Under the pieces are notes generated by a model. That model ran no database searches. It was not told the DNA's origin and worked only from the letters and a program-made list of their open reading frames with translations. Below, in pieces: positions 21,675 to 31,379 of a DNA stretch of 64,000 bases. Position 1 is the stretch's first letter. The number at the start of each line of letters is the position of its first letter. The position numbers and the translations under genes are program-made. This stretch comes from an uncultured Legionellales bacterium. GTDB taxonomy: Bacteria > Pseudomonadota > Gammaproteobacteria > Eutrophobiales > Eutrophobiaceae. Location: assembly GCA_913046215.1 (NCBI GenBank), contig CAJWRJ010000002.1:5950-69949 (forward strand), written 5' to 3'.

Positions 21675-22397
21675 TTATAATTTATTATATATAAAAAAAT
21701 CTCTTTTCTTAAATTCATCATACATATTATTTAATGATGATAATGACTTAATATAGCTCTTTATTAGGGAGATTAATTGAAATAATTGAAATGGATTTTG
21801 TAATGATGATTTTAAAAAACTTTTTATTTTAATTTTTCCGAAGTTATCAATATTTTCTAAAAATATAGATGGTATATTTGAATATGCATCATCTATTATC
21901 ACACGCGCTGATACAAATTTTATTTTTTTTTCAAGAGAAATTTTAGCTATAGCTGCACTTTCCATATCAACTGCTAATGCTTTTGTTTGGTTTGATAATT
22001 CCCTTTTTTTAATTGATGAATCAAGAATTTTATTAGTTGTCACAATTTTGCCATTTAATACTTTGTATGGTGTAGTCTGAAGATGGGAACTGATAGAGTT
22101 TCTCCATTCATTCGAAGTATAAAATATTTCTTTATCATTTTGTATAGTATCAGCTAGAACGATATCACCTGTTTTTAGTGATTGATCTATACCTCCTGCC
22201 ATTCCCCAACTTATCAATCCATCTATATTTTTTTTAACTAACTCCTTCGCTGCTGATGTTGCAGCATCAAATCCAATTCCGGATATGTATAAAAAAATAT
22301 TCTTTTCAATTTGTATTGATTCTTTCAGAGCTAATTTTTTTAACCGAAAGCATTTTGCTTCAGATGGTATAGCTATAATAATTCCAATTCTTTTCAA
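21675..22397 (-). CDS. hpnG: hopanoid-associated nucleoside phosphorylase/nucleosidase (PNP/UDP family)
   Basis: 240-aa PNP_UDP_1-like fold (GIIIAIPSEA ... GMAGGI). Immediately downstream of shc with a 1-bp gap. Confidence 0.7.
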   Translation of the reverse strand: MKRIGIIIAIPSEAKCFRLKKLALKESIQIEKNIFLYISGIGFDAATSAAKELVKKNIDGLISWGMAGGIDQSLKTGDIVLADTIQNDKEIFYTSNEWRNSISSHLQTTPYKVLNGKIVTTNKILDSSIKKRELSNQTKALAVDMESAAIAKISLEKKIKFVSARVIIDDAYSNIPSIFLENIDNFGKIKIKSFLKSSLQNPFQLFQLISLIKSYIKSLSSLNNMYDEFKKRDFFIYNKL

Positions 22398-22398
22398 G

Positions 22399-24342
22399 TT
22401 ACTTTTCTAATATGTTTCGATATCGAGCAAGCGCCCAAAGAGGAAAATATTTCGAATAGCCATGATATTTTAAATAAAAGACACGGGGAAATCCTGGCGC
22501 TGTAAATGAATTGTCATACCATTGCCCGTTTGATAATTGAGTCGATAGCAGATAATTTACTGCTTTTTTAACAGACGGATTTTTTTCCTCTCTGGATGCT
22601 AATAGCGAGAGCAACACCCATGCAGTCTGAAAAGCGGTACTTTTGAATGGCCTATGTATTTTAGGAGGATAATAACTGTCATTGCTTTCACCCCATCCCC
22701 CATCATCATTCTGAGTAGAAACAAGATATTTGACGGCTTTACGAATATAGTCTTGTTGTGGATCTTGTCCTGCAATCTCAAGAGCGGTCAGTACTGACCA
22801 AGTACCATATATATAATTAGTACCCCAACGACCAAACCAAGAACCATTTTCCTCCTGCTCAGTTTTGAGATATTCAATTGCGCTATTGATTTGTTTTTCA
22901 TACATCTCTACATCAGCTAGACTTAATAGAGCTATTGCTCGTCCGGTTACGTCTGCAGTAGGGGGGTCAAGTAAAGCACCGTGATCTGCAAATGGAATTT
23001 CATTAAGATAATAATGTGTATTATCGGTATCGAACGAACCAAAACCACCATTTCGAGACTGCATACCAGCAACCCAGTTAGCAGCACGATCTATTGATTT
23101 AGAATATATGTTCTTTTTTGTTCTATGCATAGCCCATGCAACGACCGATGTATCATCTAAGTCAGGATAATAATAATTGCTATATTGAAAAGCCCAACCA
23201 CCACCAGCTAATTCTGGTTTTTGTATACGCCAGTCACCGGGTTCATTACTTAACTGACGTTCTTTAAGCCAATCCAGTGCATTTTTAATTTCCGTTGTTG
23301 TATTTTTTTCATTTTCAGTTTCTATTAAGGCATGACTTACTAGCGCGGTATCCCATATAGGCGACATACAAGGCTGGCAATACATTGATGTTCCGTTATC
23401 TTTCAATAATGAATCAATTGCTTGACGAGCTAACTTTCTTTTTGGATCACTTTTTGGGTATCCAAGTACAACTAACGATTCATATACATTAACCATTGCA
23501 GGAAAAATACCACCAATACCGTGTTTTTCATTCATCCTTGCTAAAAACCATTGCTCACATTTTCTTATAGAATATTGTCGTATAAATTTAGGAACTAATT
23601 TTTCAGCTAAACGTCCGAAACGATCAAGAACCAAAAATGCACGTTTTAGAGGTGTTGTTACTTTAAAATAGTTTAATTCATCTTCTGGAGGCGTAATAAA
23701 TAATTCTCTTATATCAATACCTCTTGGATTAGATGCTTTTGGTTTCATTGTGCACAAAACAAATAAAGGCACCATGACAGTACGAGACCAATAGGAGACT
23801 TTGTTAATATGAAATGGAAACCACTTAGGTAAAATTATAACTTCAGCAGGTATAAAAGGTGTTGCTCTCCAAGGCACCTGTCCAAATAGTGCCATCGTGA
23901 TTCTCGTGAATACATTACACATTGCCGCACCACCATGATTTAAAATCATAGTTTTTGCACGAATCATATGTTCTTCATGAGGCTCATCACCTATTAGTTT
24001 TAAAGCAAAATAAACTTTAACAGAGCAACTTAAATCAAAATTACCTCCAGTGTATAAAGACCAGCCACCTTCTTCATTTTGTTGTGAACGTAAATATTCA
24101 GCTATTTTCTCTTCTTTATCGTTATCAATTTCCCCAGTGAAGTGGTTCATTAAAATATATTCAGCAGGAATAGTGCAATCAGCCTCAAGCTCATATACCC
24201 AATGACCATCATTAGATTGTTTTGACAGTAGGTTTTTTTTAGCAGAATTAATTGCTTTATTTAAGCTTAACGTGAAGTCTTTATTGCGTATATTATTAGC
24301 AGACTGGCTGAGCAAGCTCTCGTTTTGATTATCTAATGTCAT
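22399..24342 (-). CDS. shc: squalene-hopene cyclase
   Basis: 647 aa. DxDDTA catalytic motif present as DLDDTS. Multiple QW repeats (QNEEGGW, QSRNGGFGSF, QEENGSWFGRW, QNDDGGWGE, QLSNGQW). Confidence 0.92.
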   Translation of the reverse strand: MTLDNQNESLLSQSANNIRNKDFTLSLNKAINSAKKNLLSKQSNDGHWVYELEADCTIPAEYILMNHFTGEIDNDKEEKIAEYLRSQQNEEGGWSLYTGGNFDLSCSVKVYFALKLIGDEPHEEHMIRAKTMILNHGGAAMCNVFTRITMALFGQVPWRATPFIPAEVIILPKWFPFHINKVSYWSRTVMVPLFVLCTMKPKASNPRGIDIRELFITPPEDELNYFKVTTPLKRAFLVLDRFGRLAEKLVPKFIRQYSIRKCEQWFLARMNEKHGIGGIFPAMVNVYESLVVLGYPKSDPKRKLARQAIDSLLKDNGTSMYCQPCMSPIWDTALVSHALIETENEKNTTTEIKNALDWLKERQLSNEPGDWRIQKPELAGGGWAFQYSNYYYPDLDDTSVVAWAMHRTKKNIYSKSIDRAANWVAGMQSRNGGFGSFDTDNTHYYLNEIPFADHGALLDPPTADVTGRAIALLSLADVEMYEKQINSAIEYLKTEQEENGSWFGRWGTNYIYGTWSVLTALEIAGQDPQQDYIRKAVKYLVSTQNDDGGWGESNDSYYPPKIHRPFKSTAFQTAWVLLSLLASREEKNPSVKKAVNYLLSTQLSNGQWYDNSFTAPGFPRVFYLKYHGYSKYFPLWALARYRNILEK

Positions 24343-24398
24343 TTTTATTATTTATTATAGGTTTTTATTTGTTCACAAACCTTTTTCGAGAGATATTC

Positions 24399-25454
24399 TT
24401 AAAGTTTCTCATGAATATTAACTCTAGGCAAATGTCGCCCAGTAAGTTTAATAAGAAATCTCAATATAGCATCATTTTTTACGAAAATGCTTGTAATTAG
24501 AATGGTTAATTTTACACTAAGATGACTAATTTTTACTTCTTTTCCATTGGTAAAATTTGGGTTTTTTCTAATTTTTTCCAGCGTTAACACGGCCATTCCA
24601 ATAGCCCATAAGCAGAATTTACGCAAACCTATTTCATTTTTTGGGATCAATAAAGTATAAGTCAATGCATTTTCAAGGTGAGCATATGCAACTCCCAATA
24701 ATTCAATTAATGCATTATTAAATTCATTTATATTCTGATTAGGTTTTTTAGTGCTTATGTCAATACCATATTTTTTAAAATGATCTTTTGGTAGCCAACA
24801 TGCTCCCCTACTATGATCTTCCCAAATATCCTTCAGGATATTTGTCATTTGTAATCCTTGCCCAAACGAAACAGCTAGCTCCATTAATTTTTTTTGATTT
24901 TTATCAATATCAGTTGAATAATCACAAAATAACTCAGTTAACATTTCACCCACAACCCCAGCTACATGGTAGCAATAATCATTCATGTCTTTTATATTCT
25001 TTAATCCATTTAATGATTCCTCGATTTGATATTTAGCCATACCCTTACACATAATTGAAACGCAACGATTTAAGGCACTTAATTGTCGCTTGTTAAAACT
25101 ATGTGTTACACGGATAACTTTTTCTGTATTAGCAATTAAGTTATGTTCTGCATCAGTTGCATTTGGTGAGAGTATATCGAATAGTTTTTTAGAAAAAATA
25201 TTAACATTTTTATTATTTCTTACTACATCAATAAACATATCAGCGTACTCTTTCTTTTGTTCAATAGACATTGATTTATCATCTTCAATTGAATCTGCTA
25301 TTCGACAAAGAAGGTATGCATTAGATACAACCAGTCTTAATTTCTCTGGTAATTGGGGTATTGTAAGAGCAAATGTACGGGAAACATGTTGTAATATCAT
25401 ATGTTGGTAAGCAACATCATCCGGAACTGTGTTAAACTCTTGCGTGGATTTCAT
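24399..25454 (-). CDS. sqs: squalene synthase (single-enzyme, eukaryote-type farnesyl-diphosphate farnesyltransferase)
   Basis: 351-aa isoprenoid_synt_type2 enzyme with VSRTFALTIPQLP (the SQS SRSF-type motif) and Asp-rich ADSIEDD. First gene of the operon ending in hpnA. Confidence 0.8.
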   Translation of the reverse strand: MKSTQEFNTVPDDVAYQHMILQHVSRTFALTIPQLPEKLRLVVSNAYLLCRIADSIEDDKSMSIEQKKEYADMFIDVVRNNKNVNIFSKKLFDILSPNATDAEHNLIANTEKVIRVTHSFNKRQLSALNRCVSIMCKGMAKYQIEESLNGLKNIKDMNDYCYHVAGVVGEMLTELFCDYSTDIDKNQKKLMELAVSFGQGLQMTNILKDIWEDHSRGACWLPKDHFKKYGIDISTKKPNQNINEFNNALIELLGVAYAHLENALTYTLLIPKNEIGLRKFCLWAIGMAVLTLEKIRKNPNFTNGKEVKISHLSVKLTILITSIFVKNDAILRFLIKLTGRHLPRVNIHEKL

Positions 25455-25565
25455 ATTTACAAGTTTTAATTTTTAATAAGAAACATGCACACATTAATAT
25501 AAGTATAGAAATTAGGCAAAGAGTATTTTGATAAAGCTAGTGATTTCAGTATAAAAAATTAATAA

Positions 25566-26300
25566 ATGAATATATATAATTTAAATAATAATGAAATTGA
25601 TCTCTCCACAAAGAATATTTATGTTCTATTATTAAATTTTTCCATGTTAAATTATCAAGATTACATGACATATTTATCTGATGATGAAATACAAAGAGTT
25701 GATAACATAAATAATAAAATTAAAAAAAATCAATTTGTTATTTCTAGAGCCATTGTAAAGAAGCTATTATCGAAATATTTGAGTAAAATACCAAATCAAA
25801 TTGAATTCTCATACAACAAACATGGAAAACCATTTGTACCTGAAAAATATAATAATCATAGTTTAGAGTTTAATATTTCACATTCAGATATATATGGATT
25901 AATAGCAATTACATTAGACAATAAGATAGGTGTTGATATACAAAGGGTTAATCATGACATTAATATAGATTCATTATCTGAACGTTTCTTTAGTGAAGAT
26001 GAAAAAGAACAATTAATGAAATTTGATAAAAATAAAAGAGCAGATGTTTTCCATAATTGCTGGGTTAAAAAGGAATCATTTATTAAAGCAATTGGATCAG
26101 GTGTAGCATATGGTCTTGATAATTTTAGTGTCTCATTAGAGGAAAACCATCGTAATTATGTCTTAGATTTAAAAAATAAAAAATGGTACTGTTATAAATT
26201 AATTGAATTTGAAAATTACAAAACTGCTTTAACAATGGAAACAAAATCTAATATTTTTCTATCATATAAAGAAAATTATATCAGTAATATTCTGCACTAA
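25566..26300 (+). CDS. Sfp/EntD-type 4'-phosphopantetheinyl transferase
   Basis: Motifs GKPFV, IGVDIQ and W-x-x-KES-x-x-KA-x-G (WVKKESFIKAIGSG). Confidence 0.75.
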   Translation: MNIYNLNNNEIDLSTKNIYVLLLNFSMLNYQDYMTYLSDDEIQRVDNINNKIKKNQFVISRAIVKKLLSKYLSKIPNQIEFSYNKHGKPFVPEKYNNHSLEFNISHSDIYGLIAITLDNKIGVDIQRVNHDINIDSLSERFFSEDEKEQLMKFDKNKRADVFHNCWVKKESFIKAIGSGVAYGLDNFSVSLEENHRNYVLDLKNKKWYCYKLIEFENYKTALTMETKSNIFLSYKENYISNILH

Positions 26301-26306
26301 AAATAA

Positions 26307-27101
26307 TTGAGTATATCTAGTATGAAAAATACTACGCATAATTGGTATGACCTTCCAACATATTATGACGTTTCATTTTCATATGATATGAAAGATGAAT
26401 TGTCCTTTATTAGTAACGTATTTAGAAAATATTTAATATTGAATTCACCAAAATTGCTCGAGCCAGCATGTGGAACAGGACGTTTAATTGTCCCATTGGT
26501 AAAAAAAGGATTTAATTGTTCTGGATTTGATTTAAATGAAAATGCATTATTATATTTAAAAGAAAAACTTAATCGTAATAATTTGTATGCAAATATAAAG
26601 AAAGCTGATATGTCTACTTTTGAAGTAGAGAATAAATATGATGGAATTTATTGTACAGTCGATACATTTCGACATCTTCTTACGGAAAAAAAAGCAATAC
26701 AACACTTAGAAAATGTTTCGTTCGCACTAAAGAAAAATGGCATATATATATTAGGATTACATATAATTCCTAGACATAAAAAAATTGAAAAAATAGTCAA
26801 GTGGACTGCAAGAAGAGGTTCTTTAACAGTTAAAACAATCATGTCAATGATAAAGCTTGATATGAAAAGAAGAAGAGAGACATTGAGGGTAGTCTTAAAA
26901 ATTAAAAAAAATACTACTAGAGAATCCTATGTATCTATATATCAGTTAAGGACATATACATTGCCTCAGATATTAAACATAATAAATAAAGTAGAGGATT
27001 TAGAAATTATCAATACCTACAATGAGTACTATGATTTATCTAGTCCAATAATTTTAAATTCTGACTCAGATTATGCTGTATTCTTACTTCGTAAAAAGTA
27101 A
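26307..27101 (+). CDS. class I SAM-dependent methyltransferase
   Basis: Motif I LEPACGTGRL and an acidic motif II (GFD). 264 aa. Confidence 0.7.
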   Translation: MSISSMKNTTHNWYDLPTYYDVSFSYDMKDELSFISNVFRKYLILNSPKLLEPACGTGRLIVPLVKKGFNCSGFDLNENALLYLKEKLNRNNLYANIKKADMSTFEVENKYDGIYCTVDTFRHLLTEKKAIQHLENVSFALKKNGIYILGLHIIPRHKKIEKIVKWTARRGSLTVKTIMSMIKLDMKRRRETLRVVLKIKKNTTRESYVSIYQLRTYTLPQILNIINKVEDLEIINTYNEYYDLSSPIILNSDSDYAVFLLRKK

Positions 27102-27111
27102 CTCTCGCAAG

Positions 27112-27699
27112 CTAATTAGTTATTTTTTTTAATAAATAATATGTAAATATTGCAAATATAGGAGCACCTACCGATGCACCGATGAGAAAAGGAAGATGCC
27201 AGTTTAACCAAACTATCGGGGCAAAAAGATATATGATATCGTCGAAATCAAAACCAGCTATTCCTGTGTATGCTTTTTCTCCTGTGGCTCTCTTTTTTTG
27301 ATCTATTTTTTCAGCAAAAATCTCAGAAAAAATTACGCCAATACACGCAGACAAACCCATCATTATTGTCAGATAGTTAGGTAATTTATCTTGTAGGCCT
27401 ATCCCGATTGCTAGAAAAAAAAGTGCCGTAATAAAAGTGTCAGTGTAATAGTCAAATTTATGACCTAAAGAACTAATATTTCCAGAGATTCTAGCAAGCT
27501 CTCCATCAGCTCTATCAAGAAAAGTTGATATTATCCACATTACACCACCCAAAATATTCATTTTTAATGCAAAAGCAACACATGCTGCCAATCCTATTAT
27601 TAGCCTTAAAAGTGTGACGTGATTTGGAGTGATAGGCGTATTGACTAACGGTTTAATACATACTCGAGCAATCTTATGAGTCCAAGAGTCACCAATCAT
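27112..27699 (-). CDS. CDP-alcohol phosphatidyltransferase family protein (paralog 2, last gene of hpnI-J-K operon)
   Basis: 195 aa. Full catalytic motif DRADGELARISGNISSLGHKFDYYTD. Shares N-terminal ITPNxxTLLRL and C-terminal GAPIF segments with paralog 1. 2-bp gap after hpnK. Confidence 0.8.
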   Translation of the reverse strand: MIGDSWTHKIARVCIKPLVNTPITPNHVTLLRLIIGLAACVAFALKMNILGGVMWIISTFLDRADGELARISGNISSLGHKFDYYTDTFITALFFLAIGIGLQDKLPNYLTIMMGLSACIGVIFSEIFAEKIDQKKRATGEKAYTGIAGFDFDDIIYLFAPIVWLNWHLPFLIGASVGAPIFAIFTYYLLKKITN

Positions 27700-27701
27700 T
27701 T

Positions 27702-28433
27702 TTATGAGTTGAAGCCCGAAAGTTCAATATTAAATTTTTCGATAGTTCTTTTTATTCGAGCGTGTATAAGGGCTTTGTATTCTTCAACAAACTCGTAGTT
27801 ATAAAGTGTATTATCATTTTCTGTTGAGGGGTGAGTATAAATTTCAGTTATACCATCTTTTATATGCGGAATAATACGCACAAGTTTATCAATATTCATA
27901 TGCCCACTATCATGTAGACCATAAATATAATTGTTAAAAATAATCTTATTGTTTTTACATTTTTTCTCCATTTGATATGTAAATATCGAAAAAAATAACC
28001 ATCTAATATATCTCATAAAAAATTCTTTTTTATTATAAATAATTGAATTAAGAGGAGGTTCATTTGGAATACGGATGGCTGTTAAATTATACTCCCTTCC
28101 AATTTCTATAATTAAATTAAATATAGTTGGGTGAAGGTGCATATGATTATGTGCATTTACATGATCTAGTTTTAAACCTGTTTTTTTAAATGCTTTAAAT
28201 TGCGCCCGTATTTCTTTTTTTAGTTCAGATCTCGCTTTGTTATTGAAAAAATAATTTACTCCACACCAAAATTTATTATTACTAAACTCACATTTACTAT
28301 TTACCAAATTTGGTATTTCGACAATTGGTAATGAAGATTTCCCATTAGATAGTACAATATGCAAACCTACGTTTAATTCAGGATTTTTTTTTGCAATTTT
28401 TACTGCATGGCTGGCTTCTGGTGCAGCAATCAT
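27702..28433 (-). CDS. hpnK: hopanoid-associated YdjC-family deacetylase HpnK (annotated from first ATG; the true N-terminus very probably extends ~35 codons upstream to a CTG at 28538, see findings)
   Basis: YdjC-like core. The in-frame upstream sequence encodes the family's catalytic N-terminus KKVIVTGDDFGLSVPVNNAILKSFTNGILTTTSL, which aligns to ChbG LLIVNADDFGLS...GIVTSTT. Confidence 0.7.
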   Translation of the reverse strand: MIAAPEASHAVKIAKKNPELNVGLHIVLSNGKSSLPIVEIPNLVNSKCEFSNNKFWCGVNYFFNNKARSELKKEIRAQFKAFKKTGLKLDHVNAHNHMHLHPTIFNLIIEIGREYNLTAIRIPNEPPLNSIIYNKKEFFMRYIRWLFFSIFTYQMEKKCKNNKIIFNNYIYGLHDSGHMNIDKLVRIIPHIKDGITEIYTHPSTENDNTLYNYEFVEEYKALIHARIKRTIEKFNIELSGFNS

Positions 28434-28534
28434 TAGGCTTGTTGTTGTTAATATCCCATTCGTGAAGGATTTTAATATGGCATTGTTTACAGGAACTGAA
28501 AGACCAAAATCATCACCCGTAACAATTACTTTTT

Positions 28535-29956
28535 TCAGACTGTATTCTCCCGTCCAAACAAGAATTTGAAAAATTCAACACCTTCTCTTAGTCTGCGTTT
28601 CATAATTTCCCAATCTTTGCACATTTCAAAAAATAGTATAACCATTTTTTTTGGCCTAAAATAAAAACGTTTATAGAAATTATCAACTGCTTCAAAAATT
28701 TCTTTACTTGAAAGATGTGGATAATTGAGTATTGAGTGTTGAACTCCATCACTACCAACTAAATCATCATCCGCAACTAACCAACCATTTTCAACTGCCT
28801 GATTATATAAGTAAGTTCCTGGATAGGCGGCAGGGAGTGATACCTGTATTGTTTGTGGGTTTAACTCTTGTGCATATTTTATCGTCTCTTCTATAGTTTC
28901 ATTTGTTTCGCCTGGCAAACCCACAATAAATGTTCCATGAATAAGAATTCCCAGTTTATGACAATCTCTTGTGAATTGTCTTGCTATATCAAGCCTTATG
29001 CCTTTTTTTATATTTACTAATATATCTTGATTTCCAGATTCATATCCAACTAGCAGCAAACGCAAACCATTATCTTTCATAATTTTTAGTGTTTCATATG
29101 GGACATTTGCTTTCGCATTACAAGACCATGTAATACCAAGTTTTCCAATTTCTTTTGCAAGAGCTTCAACATGAGAAATATTGTCGGTCAATGTGTCATC
29201 ATCAAAAAAGAATTCTTTAATTTCAGGAAAGTTATCACGCGCCCATAATACTTCTGCAGCAATATTTTCCACAGAACGTGTCCGGTAATTATGTCCAGAG
29301 ATTGTTTGAGGCCATAAACAAAAAGAGCAACGAGATTTACAACCTCGACCCGTATAAAAGGACATATAAGGGTGAAGCATATAGCCATTAAAATAATCAG
29401 TAGTAGTAAGATGTTTTTTATAAACTTTAGTAACCCATGGAAGACTATCCATATTTTCAATCATTGCACGAGGTTTATTATGTATAACAACTCCATTTTT
29501 TTTATAGGTTAATCCATCTATATTTTCTATTATTTTCCCTTCTGCTACTTCTTTAATCGTAAAATCAAATTCATTTCCAGCAACAAAGTCAATTGCATCT
29601 GAAGCAAGAATTGAGTGATCTGGATTAACTGCTACATGCGCACCACAAAAACCAATAATAAGATTTTTGTTTTCATGTTTTAGTGCTTCAGCAATGCGTA
29701 CATCATTAGGAAATGAGGGAGTGCTTGTGTAGAGAACTATTAATTCATAATCTTTAGCTAGAGGTAGAATATCTTCAAGTGAAGTACCTCTTGCTGGCGC
29801 ATCTATTAATTTACTTCCTTCAATTAATGCAGCTAATTGTGCAAGCCATGTTGGATACCAAAAAGATTTAACTTCACGCGTACATTGATAACGTGAACCT
29901 GCACCTCCATCAAAGCCGTTATAGGATGGCGGATTTAAAAAAAGTGTTTTTAACAT
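28535..29956 (-). CDS. hpnJ: hopanoid-associated B12-binding radical SAM protein HpnJ
   Basis: 473 aa. N-terminal cobalamin-binding-like domain followed by a radical-SAM CxxxCxxC (GCKSRCSFC). Its size and domain order fit HpnJ rather than the shorter HpnH. Confidence 0.75.
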   Translation of the reverse strand: MLKTLFLNPPSYNGFDGGAGSRYQCTREVKSFWYPTWLAQLAALIEGSKLIDAPARGTSLEDILPLAKDYELIVLYTSTPSFPNDVRIAEALKHENKNLIIGFCGAHVAVNPDHSILASDAIDFVAGNEFDFTIKEVAEGKIIENIDGLTYKKNGVVIHNKPRAMIENMDSLPWVTKVYKKHLTTTDYFNGYMLHPYMSFYTGRGCKSRCSFCLWPQTISGHNYRTRSVENIAAEVLWARDNFPEIKEFFFDDDTLTDNISHVEALAKEIGKLGITWSCNAKANVPYETLKIMKDNGLRLLLVGYESGNQDILVNIKKGIRLDIARQFTRDCHKLGILIHGTFIVGLPGETNETIEETIKYAQELNPQTIQVSLPAAYPGTYLYNQAVENGWLVADDDLVGSDGVQHSILNYPHLSSKEIFEAVDNFYKRFYFRPKKMVILFFEMCKDWEIMKRRLREGVEFFKFLFGRENTV

Positions 29957-29978
29957 ATTATCATTAATTCAGTTTGTG

Positions 29979-31208
29979 TTATGTATCTTGAGGTGAAATA
30001 GTGTCAGTTGTTTTATTTTCACGGTTTTTCTCTGATGAAATTATTTTTTCATCATGCATTAAACCTAGATGATCAACAGCGAATTTATTTTTACGCCACT
30101 CCACGGAATTTCCAGCATAACTCAATATTCTTATAAAAAAGGTTAGTGTATCTCGTAGCGGAATTAACCATATTTTTCCAACTCTCCCCGAATCTGTAAC
30201 TTCATTAGTTTTAGAATACATATATACTCTTATAATAAGGGTTATAAATATAGGAAATAAAAATAATACAAAACTATTACCTATCACATAAAGTGAAGTC
30301 CCAGCAAAAATGCTCAAAATTAAACTATCCGTTAAAAAAGTGAGAGCATAACCATAAGGCTCTACTCGTCTAAGTGTTCTTGCCCAACGTAGTTCATGTA
30401 AAATTAAATTTTTAAACGAGGATTCCTCAACTACATTCTTCACGATACAGTTCGATAAATGAATTTTATAGCCAATATTAGATATTAGTTTTCCTAACAT
30501 GTAGTCATCAGCTAGATGATTTGATAATGCTTCAAATCCACCAATTTTATGAAGAATACTTCGTCTTACTATCATTGTAGCACCTAGACAATACTCTATA
30601 GGTTTTATCATTTTTGATATTAATACCGATGGTAGAAACCAGTTATTTATGAACATTGTATTTAACATAGATGTTATTTTTTTTGTAGCTGATCCAAAAT
30701 AAAGACAAGTAATAGCACCAGTATTAGGATCGTCAAATGGTTTTATCACTTGAGATAGATAGTTTTCGTTAACCTGCATGTCACTATCAGCGATAAGCAT
30801 AAATTCATACTTTATTGAAGGACACATGTTTATCAAATTTGATACTTTATGATTTGTTCCATGTCGTTCCGTATTTATTATGAAACTTATATCAACATCA
30901 TTCAGCTCTTTTATAATCTTTTTTACTATAGGTAACGCTTCATCATTAACATCTTGCAATCCAAAAATAATTTGGTATTTCGGGTAATTTTGTTGACAAA
31001 AGCTCTTTAGATTTATGTACATTTCCGGATCAAGCCCATAAATCGGTTTTAATATACTAATTGGAGGCTGGAATTTCTTATCGTCTGAAAATGTATTTTT
31101 GTTCTTAAAAATTGAAATAGCTACTAAACCAGCGAATAGATATCCTAAGGAGAAGATCCAAAGTGATATTGATGCCATTAACAATATGTTGAGAAAATCA
31201 ATTTGCAT
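29979..31208 (-). CDS. hpnI: hopanoid-associated family-2 glycosyltransferase
   Basis: 409 aa with an N-terminal TM, GT2 fold, DxD (ADSDMQ) and a C-terminal TM region. First gene of the hpnI-J-K operon. Confidence 0.65.
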   Translation of the reverse strand: MQIDFLNILLMASISLWIFSLGYLFAGLVAISIFKNKNTFSDDKKFQPPISILKPIYGLDPEMYINLKSFCQQNYPKYQIIFGLQDVNDEALPIVKKIIKELNDVDISFIINTERHGTNHKVSNLINMCPSIKYEFMLIADSDMQVNENYLSQVIKPFDDPNTGAITCLYFGSATKKITSMLNTMFINNWFLPSVLISKMIKPIEYCLGATMIVRRSILHKIGGFEALSNHLADDYMLGKLISNIGYKIHLSNCIVKNVVEESSFKNLILHELRWARTLRRVEPYGYALTFLTDSLILSIFAGTSLYVIGNSFVLFLFPIFITLIIRVYMYSKTNEVTDSGRVGKIWLIPLRDTLTFFIRILSYAGNSVEWRKNKFAVDHLGLMHDEKIISSEKNRENKTTDTISPQDT

Positions 31209-31379
31209 ACGTCAATTTTACTCTTTTAGCACCATTTGAAAAATGAGATGTGTTTGTATTTGCACCAATAACTATTAGTAAGTTATTACATGTATAAGAT
31301 ACTATAATATATTGATTTTAACTAATTTATGCAAATTCCTGTTAATTATACCAATTATCTCAATTTAAGAAACAGCAAA

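Noticed and set aside
28535-29956. Possibility that the radical-SAM gene is hpnH
   Set aside because: It has an N-terminal B12-binding-like domain and is 473 aa, matching the HpnJ architecture. HpnH is shorter and lacks that domain. The hpnI-(this)-hpnK order also fits hpnJ.
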